Source of the DNA: an uncultured Phycisphaerales bacterium
GTDB taxonomy: Bacteria; Planctomycetota; Phycisphaerae; Sedimentisphaerales; Anaerobacaceae
Length of the DNA: 64,000 nt
Direction: 5' to 3'
NCBI GenBank assembly: GCA_963772725.1
Contig: CAVYYI010000003.1
Span: 256,001 to 320,000, forward strand
The stretch's first letter is position 1. Every line of letters begins with the position of its first letter. Below are positions 11,532 to 21,698 of the stretch, piece after piece. Below the pieces are notes generated by a model. The model searched no databases, was not told the origin of the DNA, and saw nothing but the letters and a program-made list of their open reading frames with translations. Both the position numbers and the translations under genes were made by a program.

Positions 11532-12484
11532 TTATACATTATTAAATAAACTGCTCACAGATTCGTTCCTGTGAATTCTTTTAATCGCCTCACCCAGCAT
11601 TTCGGCTACGCTGACACCTTTATATTTCCGTTCTTTTTCGCCTCAGCGGTAAGCGGAATGGTATCCGTAATAACCACCTCCGAGATAGGCGACTGTTTCA
11701 GCCTCTCAAGCGCCTCGCCAGCGAAAATTCCATGCGTCGCGCCGACAAATATCTTTTCCGCTCCGCGCTCTTTTACAAGATTCGCCGCACCTGCGATGGT
11801 CCCTGCCGTGGCGATAATATCGTCGACCATCAGTATGTTTCTGCCCTCAACTTCGCCTATTATCTCCTGTGCCTTTATTTCGCTGCCGCTGACACGCTTT
11901 TTATGTATTATGGCTAAGTCACCTCCCAAATGGGCTGCGTACTTGGCTGCCATCTTTATGTTGCCCACGTCAGGCGAAAGCACCGTAAGTTTGCTTATCT
12001 TTTTGCTGCGGAAATACTCACTGAGAACAAGCTCACCCATCAGGTGGTCAACAGGTATATCGAAAAATCCCTGCAACTGATGCGCGTGAAGGTCTATGGC
12101 AATGACCCTGTCTGCGCCGGCCACGGTAATAAGGTTCGCGACTAATTTGGCCGTGATAGGCACGCGGCCTTCGTCTTTCCTGTCCTGCCTGGCGTAGCCG
12201 AAATACGGCATCACCGCGGTAATGCGTTTTGCGCTGGCCCTTCTGAGGCAATCGAGAAATATCAAAAGCTCCATCAGGTACTCATCTACGGGTCTGCATG
12301 TGGACTGAATAACATAGCAGTCCCTGCCGCGCACGTCATCTTCGGTTTTGACAAGTTTTTCACCGTCAGGAAAAGTTTCTATCTTTGCCCCGCCAAGCGG
12401 AATATCGAGATATCTGCAAACCGCCACAGCCAGTGCCGGATTGCTGCTTCCTGAAAATATTTTTAATTCATTATTAAGAAACAT
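11532..12484 (-). CDS. prs: Ribose-phosphate pyrophosphokinase (frameshift near 11615)
   Basis: FPDGE, PYFGYARQDRK, DLHA, VDDIIATAGT; conserved tail SVAEMLGEAIKRIHRNESVSSLF lies in the shifted frame and ends at 11532. Confidence 0.95.
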
Positions 12485-12500
12485 TTTTCAATTCCTTTGA

Positions 12501-13481
12501 CTAATTTATGTGTTCTTCCTGAACAGATGAAACTGCCGGTCTGACCGTTCTGCCGTCCTCAACTATTGTTCCGCTATTTAGATACGCAAAAGGCCCGATG
12601 CGGCATCTATGTCCTATCTTAACACTGCCGTGAATATATGTAAAAGGTTCTATCACCGTATCCTGACCAATCTGTGCACGCACATCAATCCACGTATTAT
12701 CAGGGTCAACTATCGTTACGCCGCTTGCCATAAGCTGCTTTTGTATTCTCTGCTGCATAATCTTGCTCGCAACGCTTAGCTGCTCTCTGCTGTTGACGCC
12801 CATCGCTTCTTCCGGCCTAACCGCCGTTACCGCGACAACTTTATGCCCCCCGGCGATTATCAAAGCCAGCGCATCGGTCAGATAGTATTCACCCTTGGCA
12901 TTATTCGGCCGAACTTTCGCTAATGCCTCGAACAGTGTCTTGTTATGAAACAGATAATAACTCGGATTGACTTCTTTAATAGCCAACTGCTCTTTAGTGC
13001 AGTCGTTTTGCTCTACTATGCCTTGAATATTGCCGTACGCATCGCGTATTATTCTTCCGTAGCCGGTCGGGTCATCCAGAACTGCCGTCGCCAGAGTCGT
13101 CGCGGAATGCTCAATGGTGTGTTTTTCTATCAAAACCTTCAATGTCTCTGCCCTGATTAAAGGCCCGTCTCCGCACATAACAAGCGTCTCGCCGTCGAAA
13201 TTCTCAAGGTACTCTTTGCAGCAAAGAACAGCGTGGGCAGTTCCTTTTTGCTCATTTTGCATTACCCAGGTGATATCGGAAGCATCAGCAAAGCGTTTTT
13301 TTACCTGTTCCGCGCCGTAACCGACAACAATATAGAGCTTCTTGACACCCGCCTGACGGCACGCGTCAAGAACGTAAGCGAGCATAGGCCTTCCGCACAC
13401 CTCGTGCAGAACTTTAGCCTGCCTGGTATTCATCCTGCTGCTCACGCCAGCCGCCAGAATTATCGCAACTCTTTCCGCCAC
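12501..13481 (-). CDS. glmU: GlmU-type UDP-GlcNAc pyrophosphorylase with truncated acetyltransferase domain
   Basis: ILAAG..SRM, QKGTAHAV, GYGRI, EYYLTD, GVNSREQL; only a few LbH turns. Confidence 0.85.
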   Translation of the reverse strand: MAERVAIILAAGVSSRMNTRQAKVLHEVCGRPMLAYVLDACRQAGVKKLYIVVGYGAEQVKKRFADASDITWVMQNEQKGTAHAVLCCKEYLENFDGETLVMCGDGPLIRAETLKVLIEKHTIEHSATTLATAVLDDPTGYGRIIRDAYGNIQGIVEQNDCTKEQLAIKEVNPSYYLFHNKTLFEALAKVRPNNAKGEYYLTDALALIIAGGHKVVAVTAVRPEEAMGVNSREQLSVASKIMQQRIQKQLMASGVTIVDPDNTWIDVRAQIGQDTVIEPFTYIHGSVKIGHRCRIGPFAYLNSGTIVEDGRTVRPAVSSVQEEHIN

Positions 13482-13522
13482 TATCTTACCTTAAAACAAT
13501 TATCAATAATCAATCTAAACAC

Positions 13523-13594
13523 CTACCCGACCAGGGCTCGAACCTGGAATGTAGGTACCAAAAACCTATGTGTTACCAATTACACCATCGGGTA
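13523..13594 (-). tRNA. tRNA-Gln(TTG)
   Basis: Reverse complement folds as a cloverleaf: TACCCGA acceptor, GGTGTAATTGGTAACAC D arm, TAGGT-TTTTGGT-ACCTA anticodon arm, GGTTCGAGCCC T arm. Confidence 0.95.
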
Positions 13595-13631
13595 ACTTAT
13601 TTCTGTACGCTATACGCTAATTCCAATCTGT

Positions 13632-13794
13632 CACGGGGGCCGTACTGTAATTCGACCCGATTTGGCTTTGCCGGAGGCTTGAGTCAGCCACGCCGTGATA
13701 CTGCTGACCCCAACTATTTCGTCGCTCGCGGCTCGTCGTTCGTCTTTCGAGCAACGGAAACCGAGATACGGGCGACTTCTTCTACTACCCCGTG
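13632..13794 (-). ncRNA. Candidate structured non-coding RNA (6S-like or unknown family)
   Basis: Closing stem CACGGGG/CCCCGTG, long interrupted stem, two internal hairpins; several G-U pairs form only on the minus strand; between a sigma70 promoter and tRNA-Gln. Confidence 0.6.
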
Positions 13795-13814
13795 CGGCAA
13801 AGCACAGTTTCAGC

Positions 13815-13843
13815 AATATACCCTATTGCCAAAAACAAAGCAA
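13815..13843 (-). promoter_or_regulatory. Sigma70-type promoter
   Basis: TTGCTT-N17-TATATT on the minus strand ahead of the ncRNA/tRNA-Gln/glmU run. Confidence 0.65.
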
Positions 13844-13936
13844 CATTTTTTTGCTTATTTTTTTCGCCCCCAAAACCGCATTATCAATAATAATATCGCA
13901 GGTCGTTTACTCGTCACTGGCACGGCGACGAATACT

Positions 13937-15733
13937 TTATTTCGCCTTATTTTCCGCCCTCGGCCAAAAAACCGCGTCACCTTTCTTATCTAACCAAATT
14001 CTCGCTCTGCCATCGTCGCCATAACAGAATTCGCCGCCGTCATCGGTAAAATCAAGGCCGACGCTGTAAAGGATAAAATTGCCATCCGTCTTTCTATAGA
14101 CCAGCGGCTTATCACTGTATGGGTCTATTGGTATTTGTTTCAAATAGCCAGCCTTAACCAACTGATTTAGCATCTCAGGATATTCTCCTTTATCCTGTTT
14201 ATATCGCAATATGGCCAATACAGTCACCACTGCCTCGCATTGAACTTTAACGAGATATGAACGTCCAATTATCCAATCACTAGCGGGCATTAATATTTTT
14301 ATATAGTAAAAGGGATTTCGCATTCTTTTTAAGCTTGATGCGTTCGCACGGCCAAGCTCGCAGTCAATATTAAAATTCATCTGATGTTTTTGATATGGAG
14401 TCATTTCTGCCCATTTTTCGAAATTATCATAAGTCTTTCGAAACTTTTCCGCTATAGTACGCCGGTCATGACCTATCAATGCAAAACCGAGAGATATGCC
14501 GTAATCTTCCAGATTCATTTTTCTTTCATCATCAAAAAGCACAATGTCGCCGATGTCCAAAGACAAAGACGGAATATTTATTTTGCCAGGAATTAAATGA
14601 CCTGAACCGCAGCCATTATCAGTAAAACTTCGCTGGATAATATCATCCATAGTAAATTTTTCAACCCTGAAATCTAATGTAAATGTATCTGATTCGATAA
14701 GCTTTTCAAATTCATTTTGAAAACTCCGCAATTTATCTGAATTAATATTGCTCTCCTGCAAAATTGCTAAACTCGTGTTGCAGGCAAATGCCTCCGTAGC
14801 CACTCCAGCAAGCTGTTCAATGAGCTTGCGAGGCCCCTTGTAGTGCATACCGGCACGATAACACGAAAATATATCATCAAACGCGTCGTCAATTCGACCC
14901 TGCGACGTAGCCAATTTCGCTCGCCAGCACAAAAGGTAACAGAACCTTTTAATTTTGCTTAGTTCAGGCAAAAGCATATTATACATCACATTATCTTTCG
15001 CCTCACGTTTCCACCAGCAGTATGGTTTTTTGGTCGCCTGTTTGAAAATCGCTAAGGCTTCATTATTATCCGCAATCCACTTTTTTAAAGCCGCAAACTC
15101 TTCCGGCATAAGTTCGCCAATCCGCTTATCTTTAATTGCAATAGTCAGTTCCACCGTTAATGGTGGTACAAGTTCATCGTTCATTTCATCTAAACCCGGG
15201 GAAAAGTATGGGGGTTTATAGTTCATTTCATCAGACCGACTTTTATCAGCAATACGCGGCTCTTGGACATAAAGCCCAAACGCCTTTTGATATAAAGGCG
15301 CCGCGTTAAGACTTTCATCAGCCGCAGGTCTGGCCAATTCACACGCACGCTCAACGTAATTGACCGATATTGTAGGCCTGCCGAGTGAAAGATATATACA
15401 GTAGAGAATAAGACAGAGGAACGCTATTCCTATGACCTGAAAACACCGCGCAAAAACTGTTCGCCACAAAGGTCGGACGTTCTTCGCCCGCCGCATAAGA
15501 ACCCCCAGCAATTTCGCATCACCGAATCCAGCGATTAGCTGTTGTGCCTTTTCTTCTTTTTCTTTATCGCTTTGACAGATTGAAAGCTCATCTTCGAAAT
15601 GTGCAATCAGTTCGGCCTGCACCTCTTTCCGCACCTTCCGCCGATACCCCATCTTCTTAACGACAAGCCGAATATACTCCCCCGCCGCCGCAGGCAACTC
15701 CGCAAAAAGTTTGTCACTATCTTTCTTCTTCAT
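13937..15733 (-). CDS. Membrane-anchored protein: N-terminal HAAS/permease-prefix-like helix, one TM, large helical domain, GspG-like C-terminal tail
   Basis: EVQAELIAHFED...FGDAKLL; hydrophobic segment; IPIDPYS.KPLVY...LYSVG.D..DDGG. Confidence 0.65.
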   Translation of the reverse strand: MKKKDSDKLFAELPAAAGEYIRLVVKKMGYRRKVRKEVQAELIAHFEDELSICQSDKEKEEKAQQLIAGFGDAKLLGVLMRRAKNVRPLWRTVFARCFQVIGIAFLCLILYCIYLSLGRPTISVNYVERACELARPAADESLNAAPLYQKAFGLYVQEPRIADKSRSDEMNYKPPYFSPGLDEMNDELVPPLTVELTIAIKDKRIGELMPEEFAALKKWIADNNEALAIFKQATKKPYCWWKREAKDNVMYNMLLPELSKIKRFCYLLCWRAKLATSQGRIDDAFDDIFSCYRAGMHYKGPRKLIEQLAGVATEAFACNTSLAILQESNINSDKLRSFQNEFEKLIESDTFTLDFRVEKFTMDDIIQRSFTDNGCGSGHLIPGKINIPSLSLDIGDIVLFDDERKMNLEDYGISLGFALIGHDRRTIAEKFRKTYDNFEKWAEMTPYQKHQMNFNIDCELGRANASSLKRMRNPFYYIKILMPASDWIIGRSYLVKVQCEAVVTVLAILRYKQDKGEYPEMLNQLVKAGYLKQIPIDPYSDKPLVYRKTDGNFILYSVGLDFTDDGGEFCYGDDGRARIWLDKKGDAVFWPRAENKAK

Positions 15734-15757
15734 CTTATGCCTTTTTTCATTAAGTTG

Positions 15758-15823
15758 TGCGTATTGTGTATCGCGTATTGCGTAGTCCCTTCGCACGACG
15801 CATCACGCACAGCGCACTACGAA
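15758..15823. repeat. Inverted array of degenerate heptamers
   Basis: tgcgtat tgtgtat cgcgtat tgcgtag, then tcgcacg acgcatc acgcaca gcgcact; the two arms are roughly complementary. Confidence 0.7.
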
Positions 15824-15824
15824 A

Positions 15825-16167
15825 TTACGCCGGCACAACGCCAAACTCAAACATCAGTTTCAACCCAGTCTGAAGCTGCTCAAGCTCAGCTTTCTGCGAG
15901 GCCAAATAATCTCTGCCCTTGCTGGTGATGGAATAGTACCGCCTTTGCCTGCCGTTGGGTATCTGTTCCAACTCGCCGATTATCAGCTTCTTCGCCTCGA
16001 GATTATAAAGCAGCGGATACAGCGTCCCCTTGCCCAGCGTAAGAATCCCCTTAGACCTTTGTTCAATGGCACTGGAAAGTTCATAGCCGTACATCCGCCC
16101 GCGCGAAAGTATCTCCAGCGCCAACCACCGGCGCCACACCTTTTAACAATTCCCGTTCAAATTTCAT
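15825..16167 (-). CDS. PadR family transcriptional regulator (frameshift near 16125)
   Basis: MKFERELLKG, MYGYEL, GTLYPLLYNLE, RRYYSIT..G; RBS GGAGG. Confidence 0.9.
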
Positions 16168-16195
16168 AATAGCCTCCAATAATTATTTTACTACA

Positions 16196-16227
16196 CATAG
16201 TATGTATTGCATACTATGCAATGTCAA
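16196..16227 (-). promoter_or_regulatory. padR promoter with overlapping palindromic operator
   Basis: TTGACA-N17-CATACT (minus); palindromes CATAGTATG-N5-CATACTATG (16196-16218) and TTGCATA-C-TATGCAA (16207-16221). Confidence 0.7.
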
Positions 16228-16411
16228 GTAAAATCCCAAAAATAAATTGTAAGTAAATAATAGTAATCGACCCTCAAACGATATACAAACGTATCATAAA
16301 CATACCATTATATTGAGCAAATGATGATAAAGATATTGAAAATGATAGTATTTTGTGTTATTTCGTGTGCATTCGTGGTTAATTTAATCAAGGTGTCTGG
16401 AGTGTAATTGA

Positions 16412-17522
16412 ATGCGTAAGTATTTGTATTTTATAATGTTACCTATTTTCCTCTCCCCCGGCTGCGGCGGCGATAAGCCTCGTTTCACCGACGAACAAAT
16501 GGCAAAAATCCCGCTTGTGCAAAGAGACGGCCTGGCTGAACCTTCCGGCGGTTTTGTGCTTGCGGTTAATACAGACACCATCACAGCCGACGAGGTAACT
16601 ACCCCATTGGTCGAATCTTTCAGACAATTGGCGAAAAACGGTAATTACGATGAATTCAGCAGGCAGGCCAAACCCGTTATCGAACAGCTTGTGTTAAATA
16701 AAGCCTCAAACATACTTCTTTATAATGAAGCCAAAAAGCAGGCAGGCGAACAAGTCGAAGATGCCCTCGATAAAGCTGTCGAAAGTGAGGTCAGAAAATT
16801 TGTTAATAGTTTCGATGGAGACTACGCCAAAGCCGAAAAAGAGATAAAAGAAATGGGGATGGATTGGCAGAGTTTCAGGGAATTTCAAAAAAAGAAGATT
16901 ATGAGCCAGTCATATCTATCCTCGAAAATGCCTGAAAACGCCCACATAACTTATGGCGAAATTCTCGATTATTACAACAATGTTAAGGAAAAGGATTACA
17001 CAAAAGAGGCAGTCATAACATTCAGACTTATAGATATTGATACAGCCAAAGTCGAAAAAACCGACCCTAACCAAACTAATCAGCAGCAGGCAAAGATTCT
17101 GGCCGATGAACTGCTCAAACGGCTCAAGGCGGGCGAAGATTTCGGTGAACTGGCTAAAAAGTATTCAAATGACCATCGCCGCGATTTCGGAGGGCTTTGG
17201 TTGCCCCTCCAGCCTGATTCTCTGGCTGAGCCTTACGATATTATCGGAACTGAGGCTGCGAAGATCCGAGCCCGGACAGATTGCGGGGCCTGTTGAAAAT
17301 GGCGGACATATCTTTATAATGAAGCTCGAAGGCAGGCAGTCAAGAACCGTTGAGCCTCTCGAAAAGGTGCAAAAAGAGATAGAGGCACGGATTGATTTTG
17401 AACACAGAAAAAAGGCTGTCGATGAAATTGTTGGTAAACTCTTAAAGCAGGCGGCCATCCCGGAACAGGACCAGTTCATCACTTTCTGCGTTCAAAAACT
17501 GCATAAGGAATGCAATAAGTAA
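16412..17522 (+). CDS. SurA/PrsA-like parvulin peptidyl-prolyl isomerase lipoprotein (frameshift near 17265)
   Basis: Lipobox SPGC, GEDFGELAKKYSND, GG.W, GQIAGPVE..GHIFIMKL. Confidence 0.85.
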
Positions 17523-17537
17523 CGGTATTTCAAAATT

Positions 17538-17924
17538 ATGGAAACTATAGCACACGGAATAGACCTTGTTGATTTCCCGCGAATTGAAGAGATGCTCAAA
17601 GAACATGGCGAACGCTTTTTGAATCGCGTTTTTACCGCTGATGAACAGGCTTACGCCGACGCGAATAAAAACAGGATCGAAAAACTGGCAGGCCGTTTCG
17701 CCGCTAAAGAAGCAATACTCAAACTCATAGGTACAGGCTGGCGGGGTAAAATCGCATGGACAGATATCGAGGTTTTAAACAACCCTCTCGGCCAGCCCCA
17801 GGTTAAACTCACCGGCGAAGTTGCGAACCTCGCCGAAAAACTCGGCATTAAACAAATTAGCGTCAGCATTACCCATACCGCAAATTTCGCGCTGGCTTCC
17901 GCGGTCGCGATAACGAAAAGCTAA
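17538..17924 (+). CDS. acpS: Holo-ACP synthase
   Basis: GIDLV, AGRFAAKEA, VSITH. Confidence 0.96.
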   Translation: METIAHGIDLVDFPRIEEMLKEHGERFLNRVFTADEQAYADANKNRIEKLAGRFAAKEAILKLIGTGWRGKIAWTDIEVLNNPLGQPQVKLTGEVANLAEKLGIKQISVSITHTANFALASAVAITKS

Positions 17925-17945
17925 GCAGGGATAGATTACTTTTGA

Positions 17946-18173
17946 TTAAAGCAACTTTAAAAAGCTTTCGGTCGTAAGTTCGGCATCACGCAATAATTTT
18001 CGCAGGAGGCCTTTACCCAAAGTCTTATGACAGGGTATGGTTAATGGTTTTTTGGAACTATCGCTGGTGTGATGCATTCGGACATGGCTACCTCGTTGAC
18101 GAACAACTTGATAGCCGGTCTTCTCGAAGCATTTTACGGCTTGACTGCCGGAAATGACGGGCAATTTAGGCAT
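17946..18173 (-). CDS. hicA: HicA family toxin
   Basis: MPKLPVISG, RQRGSHVRM, IPCH..LGKGLLRKLLRDA. Confidence 0.92.
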   Translation of the reverse strand: MPKLPVISGSQAVKCFEKTGYQVVRQRGSHVRMHHTSDSSKKPLTIPCHKTLGKGLLRKLLRDAELTTESFLKLL

Positions 18174-18395
18174 AAGATAATGTGCAGAAACTTAATTCCT
18201 GAGGATGGAAATTTTTAAGAGCCTGCCTGTTTTCTTTTTCTTCGAGGCACAGGTCAATTACTTCACGAATATTTTTCAACGCCTCATCGAAAGTCTTTCC
18301 CTGGCTGTAACAGCCAGAGAATACGGGCATTCGACTACGTAAAATCCGTCTTCGTCTTTTTCAATAAATACTGGCAACTGATACTGTTTTTTCAT
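18166..18395 (-). CDS. hicB: HicB family antitoxin (short form; frameshift near 18325; absent from ORF track)
   Basis: Manual translation MKKQYQLPVFIEKDEDGFYVVECP.FSGCYSQGKTFDEALKNIREVIDLCLEE; overlaps hicA start. Confidence 0.88.
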
Positions 18396-18512
18396 TTCTT
18401 ATTACCTTTACTGCAAAATATCACATAAGGTTTTAAAATGCAAGCAATTTTTGCCGAATAATGAATTCATATCCCGGTTGATTAAAATGCTTAAAAGTAT
18501 ATACTGACCTCA

Positions 18513-20335
18513 ATGTATAACGAAAAGAAAATAAAAAAGTTCGATTGTATTGTAATAGGAGGCGGGCATGCCGGTATTGAGGCTGCGCACGCCTGCGCAA
18601 AACTTGGTGTCAAAACCGCGCTTATAACAATGGGTAAAGACACGATAGGCGCATGAGCTGCAATCCCGCGATTGGCGGTATCGGCAAGGGGCAAATTACA
18701 CGCGAGGTCGATGCTCTCGGTGGCCTTATGGGTTTAGCGATTGACGCAACCGGTATTCAGTTTCGCCTGCTGAATTATTCAAAAGGCCCCGCTGTGCAGT
18801 CCCCCCGCGCACAGGCCGACAAATACAGGTACGCCCAATGGATGTGCCAATATCTCGAAAATACTGAAAATCTCACCATCATTGAAAATATAGCAACAGA
18901 TATTATCGCTGAGGATAATATTGTCCGCAGGGTAATCTGCAAAAACGGCGATGCCTACAATACGCAGGCAGTTGTGGTAACAACGGGGACGTTTCTTCGG
19001 GGGCTGATTCATATAGGGCCGGAAAAATTTTCCGGCGGCAGAATCAATGAACCAGCCAGCAATGAGCTTTCAGATTCGCTCCTGCGATTAGGCCTGCAAC
19101 TCGGCCGTCTCAAAACCGGCACACCGCCCCGGCTTGATGCTTCCACTGTTGACTTCAAGAAGCTCGAAGCCCAGTACGGCGACCAAAGGCCGCTGCCCTT
19201 TTCATTTATGAATGAGCGCATCGAACAGCCGCAAATACCCTGCTGGATAACTTACACCAACGAGGCAATACATAAACTGCTCCTTGATAATCTCAACAGG
19301 GCGCCCGCTCTATACGGGACAGATCACCTCGGTCGGGCCGAGATATTGTCCGAGCATCGAAGTAAAAATAACGCGTTTTGCCGACAAGAAGCGTCACCAG
19401 GTTTTTCTCGAACCTGAAGACGCCCAAATTTCCACAATTTACTGCAACGGCATAAGTACCTCGCTGCCAGAGACATCCAGGAACGGATGCTGAAACTTCT
19501 GCCCGGCACGGAGAACGCACGCATTACCCGATATGCCTACGCCATTGAATATGATTATTGCCCGCCGGCACAATTGGATAGCTCCCTCGAAACAAAGAAA
19601 ATATCGGGCCTGTTTCTGGCGGGACAGATCAACGGTACGAGCGGCTACGAAGAGGCTGCGGGACAGGGTATCGTCGCGGGCATAAACGCCGCCATGAAAG
19701 TTCAGGGTAAAGAGCCGATGATTCTCGCAAGGGACCAGGCTTATATCGGCGTTATGATTGACGACCTGCTCACAAAGGGAATCGATGAGCCGTATCGGAT
19801 GTTCACATCGCGAGCGGAATACCGCCTTTCCCTGCGTTCAGATAACGCTGACAGACGTTTGACTCCTATCGGAAAACAAATCGGGCTTGTTGATAATGAC
19901 CGCTGGAATAAACTGCAAGATAAACTTGATAACATCGAAAAACTTAAAAATTATCTGTGCAATACCCGCTCAGCAGGTTTGAGTATTTGGGAGCAGATGC
20001 GCCAGCCTGAAAATACAATTGCACAAACACTTTCAGACAGGCCCGAAATTAAGGCGATGAATCTCAGCGAAGATGTGCTGCAGGCCGCCGTTATCGACGC
20101 CAAATACGACGGCTATTTAGCCAAACAGGAAAGGCTTGTCGCGAATTTTAGAAACCTTGAAAATAAGAAGATTCCCGCTGATATTGATTATGACGGTATT
20201 ATGCACCTCCGCGCGGAGGCAAGGCAGAGACTGTCGTCGTTTCGTCCCGGCACACTCGCCCAGGCCGCCCGGATAATAGGCATCACCCCCGCAGACATCA
20301 CCGTCATCCAGATTCACCTGAAAAAACACCATTAA
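18513..20335 (+). CDS. mnmG: tRNA uridine-5-carboxymethylaminomethyl synthesis enzyme (three frameshifts)
   Basis: [59 protein letters not shown]. Confidence 0.96.
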
Positions 20336-20419
20336 TAAGAGCTGCGAATTCCCCCGCCTGACCCAAAGATAGTAATGTTTTGAAGATGACACACAGATGA
20401 ACAACGGATGAACTCAAAA

Positions 20420-20662
20420 CCGAACACATAATGGCTCGCGTAACCATCTGTGATTACAGCAGATACAGCAATGTGTGAACACCAAACGTGCACCGAACGA
20501 GCATCAAACGAGCATCTATCGACACATTAAATAATGTTAATAATGATAAGAATGAAAAGAATGGTAATTGCAACCCTTCTTTTTCTTCTGAAAACAGATT
20601 TAAGACATTTGACCAGATGAAAATGAACAGCCGATTTACTCAAGCAAGTCGAGCAGTTTAGA
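20420..20662 (+). pseudogene. Possible decayed fragment of a phage-type replication initiator
   Basis: Broken frames give VTICDYSRY, TKRAPNEHQTS, NNVNNDKNEKN, resembling the linker of phage replisome organisers; no intact ORF. Confidence 0.35.
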
Positions 20663-20701
20663 AAAGGCTGTTATTTCGATTATGCTGTGTTTGCAAATAT
20701 C

Positions 20702-20730
20702 TTGACATTTTATTTCTACCAAATTAAATT
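20702..20730 (+). promoter_or_regulatory. Sigma70-type promoter
   Basis: TTGACA-N17-TAAATT. Confidence 0.55.
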
Positions 20731-20773
20731 GCAGATAAAGAGTGCTGCATATTATTGCGAGAACTGAACAAAA

Positions 20774-21100
20774 ATGGAAAAGCCACAACTCAACGAATCG
20801 AAAGCGAATGAATATATCGGCAAAACTATTCTGCTCTGCATGAATTATCTTGACCATAATGAGAAACTTATAGAGCGGAAACAATGGTTTGGTGTTATTG
20901 AAACCTTTTCAAACAAAGAAGGAATTAGAATCCGTTTGAGTAATTCTGATTATACATACTGCTTACCCCCTCACCCAGGAGGCCTGCAAAAAGCCGAGCC
21001 TGGTATCTACAGGCTTAAATCAACTGGCGAAGAAATTGAAAATCCTGATTATATAGCGATATGGGATAAGATTGCACCAAAACCAAAGGGCAAGGAATAA
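20774..21100 (+). CDS. Hypothetical protein
   Basis: Intact AT-rich 108-aa ORF after a promoter; PGIYRLKSTGE.IENPDY. Confidence 0.75.
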   Translation: MEKPQLNESKANEYIGKTILLCMNYLDHNEKLIERKQWFGVIETFSNKEGIRIRLSNSDYTYCLPPHPGGLQKAEPGIYRLKSTGEEIENPDYIAIWDKIAPKPKGKE

Positions 21101-21102
21101 TA

Positions 21103-21603
21103 ATGAAATGGTTGTATAAACTATTTAATGCCGTTACACCAGAAGAACGAAGAGGAATTTACTTAGAAAATCCAAAATGGGAAGTTTCTCCCATTCGTGA
21201 TATGTCAGCTTTTCTCAGGGCATTAAATTATATACTACCGGAAGACCACGTAATTCACCTTGAGGGTGGAACTCCTGATGAAGAAATACGTTCTTTTCTT
21301 GAATCTCGAAAAGCTGTAAATACAATTAAAATTGAGATGGGAATAATTTGGCCTCGACCATTATGTTATCACATACCCTTTACTCACTCAAACATCAATG
21401 AACTGGCAGAGATAATGGAACGACATGCAACTCCTGAAGTAGCTGCTCATTTTCATATTTACAAAGATAATAAAATTATATTGCAATGGTATGACGCTTT
21501 CTATAATGAACCAATGTATTTTTCAGAAGATATTGCCGAAGAAAAAATCAAACAATTTTGTGAAAAGCTATCATTAAAATATAGACTTATCAAAGAAATC
21601 TAA
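21103..21603 (+). CDS. Hypothetical protein
   Basis: Intact AT-rich 166-aa ORF with RBS AAGGA, tightly coupled to the previous ORF. Confidence 0.75.
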   Translation: MKWLYKLFNAVTPEERRGIYLENPKWEVSPIRDMSAFLRALNYILPEDHVIHLEGGTPDEEIRSFLESRKAVNTIKIEMGIIWPRPLCYHIPFTHSNINELAEIMERHATPEVAAHFHIYKDNKIILQWYDAFYNEPMYFSEDIAEEKIKQFCEKLSLKYRLIKEI

Positions 21604-21641
21604 CCAAAGTAAATGGGGGATTAGGTTCGATTTGCGGGTTA

Positions 21642-21698
21642 AAAATGGTATAATCAGGGAAATGATGAAAAAACTTTCTGACAATATTTATAATAAGC
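21642..21698 (+). repeat. Copy 1 of duplicated promoter plus N-terminus ([11 protein letters not shown])
   Basis: AAAATGGTATAATC, then a 34-nt block 33/34 identical to 22701-22734. Confidence 0.9.

Noticed and set aside
13636..13656. tmRNA-like 5' end GGGGCCG...TTCGAC on the plus strand
   Set aside because: No T-arm/CCA 3' end at the expected distance; promoter and G-U pairs favour the opposite strand
21598..21631. attC site (ATCTAAC...GTTCGAT)
   Set aside because: Too short, no L boxes or hairpin, no integrase
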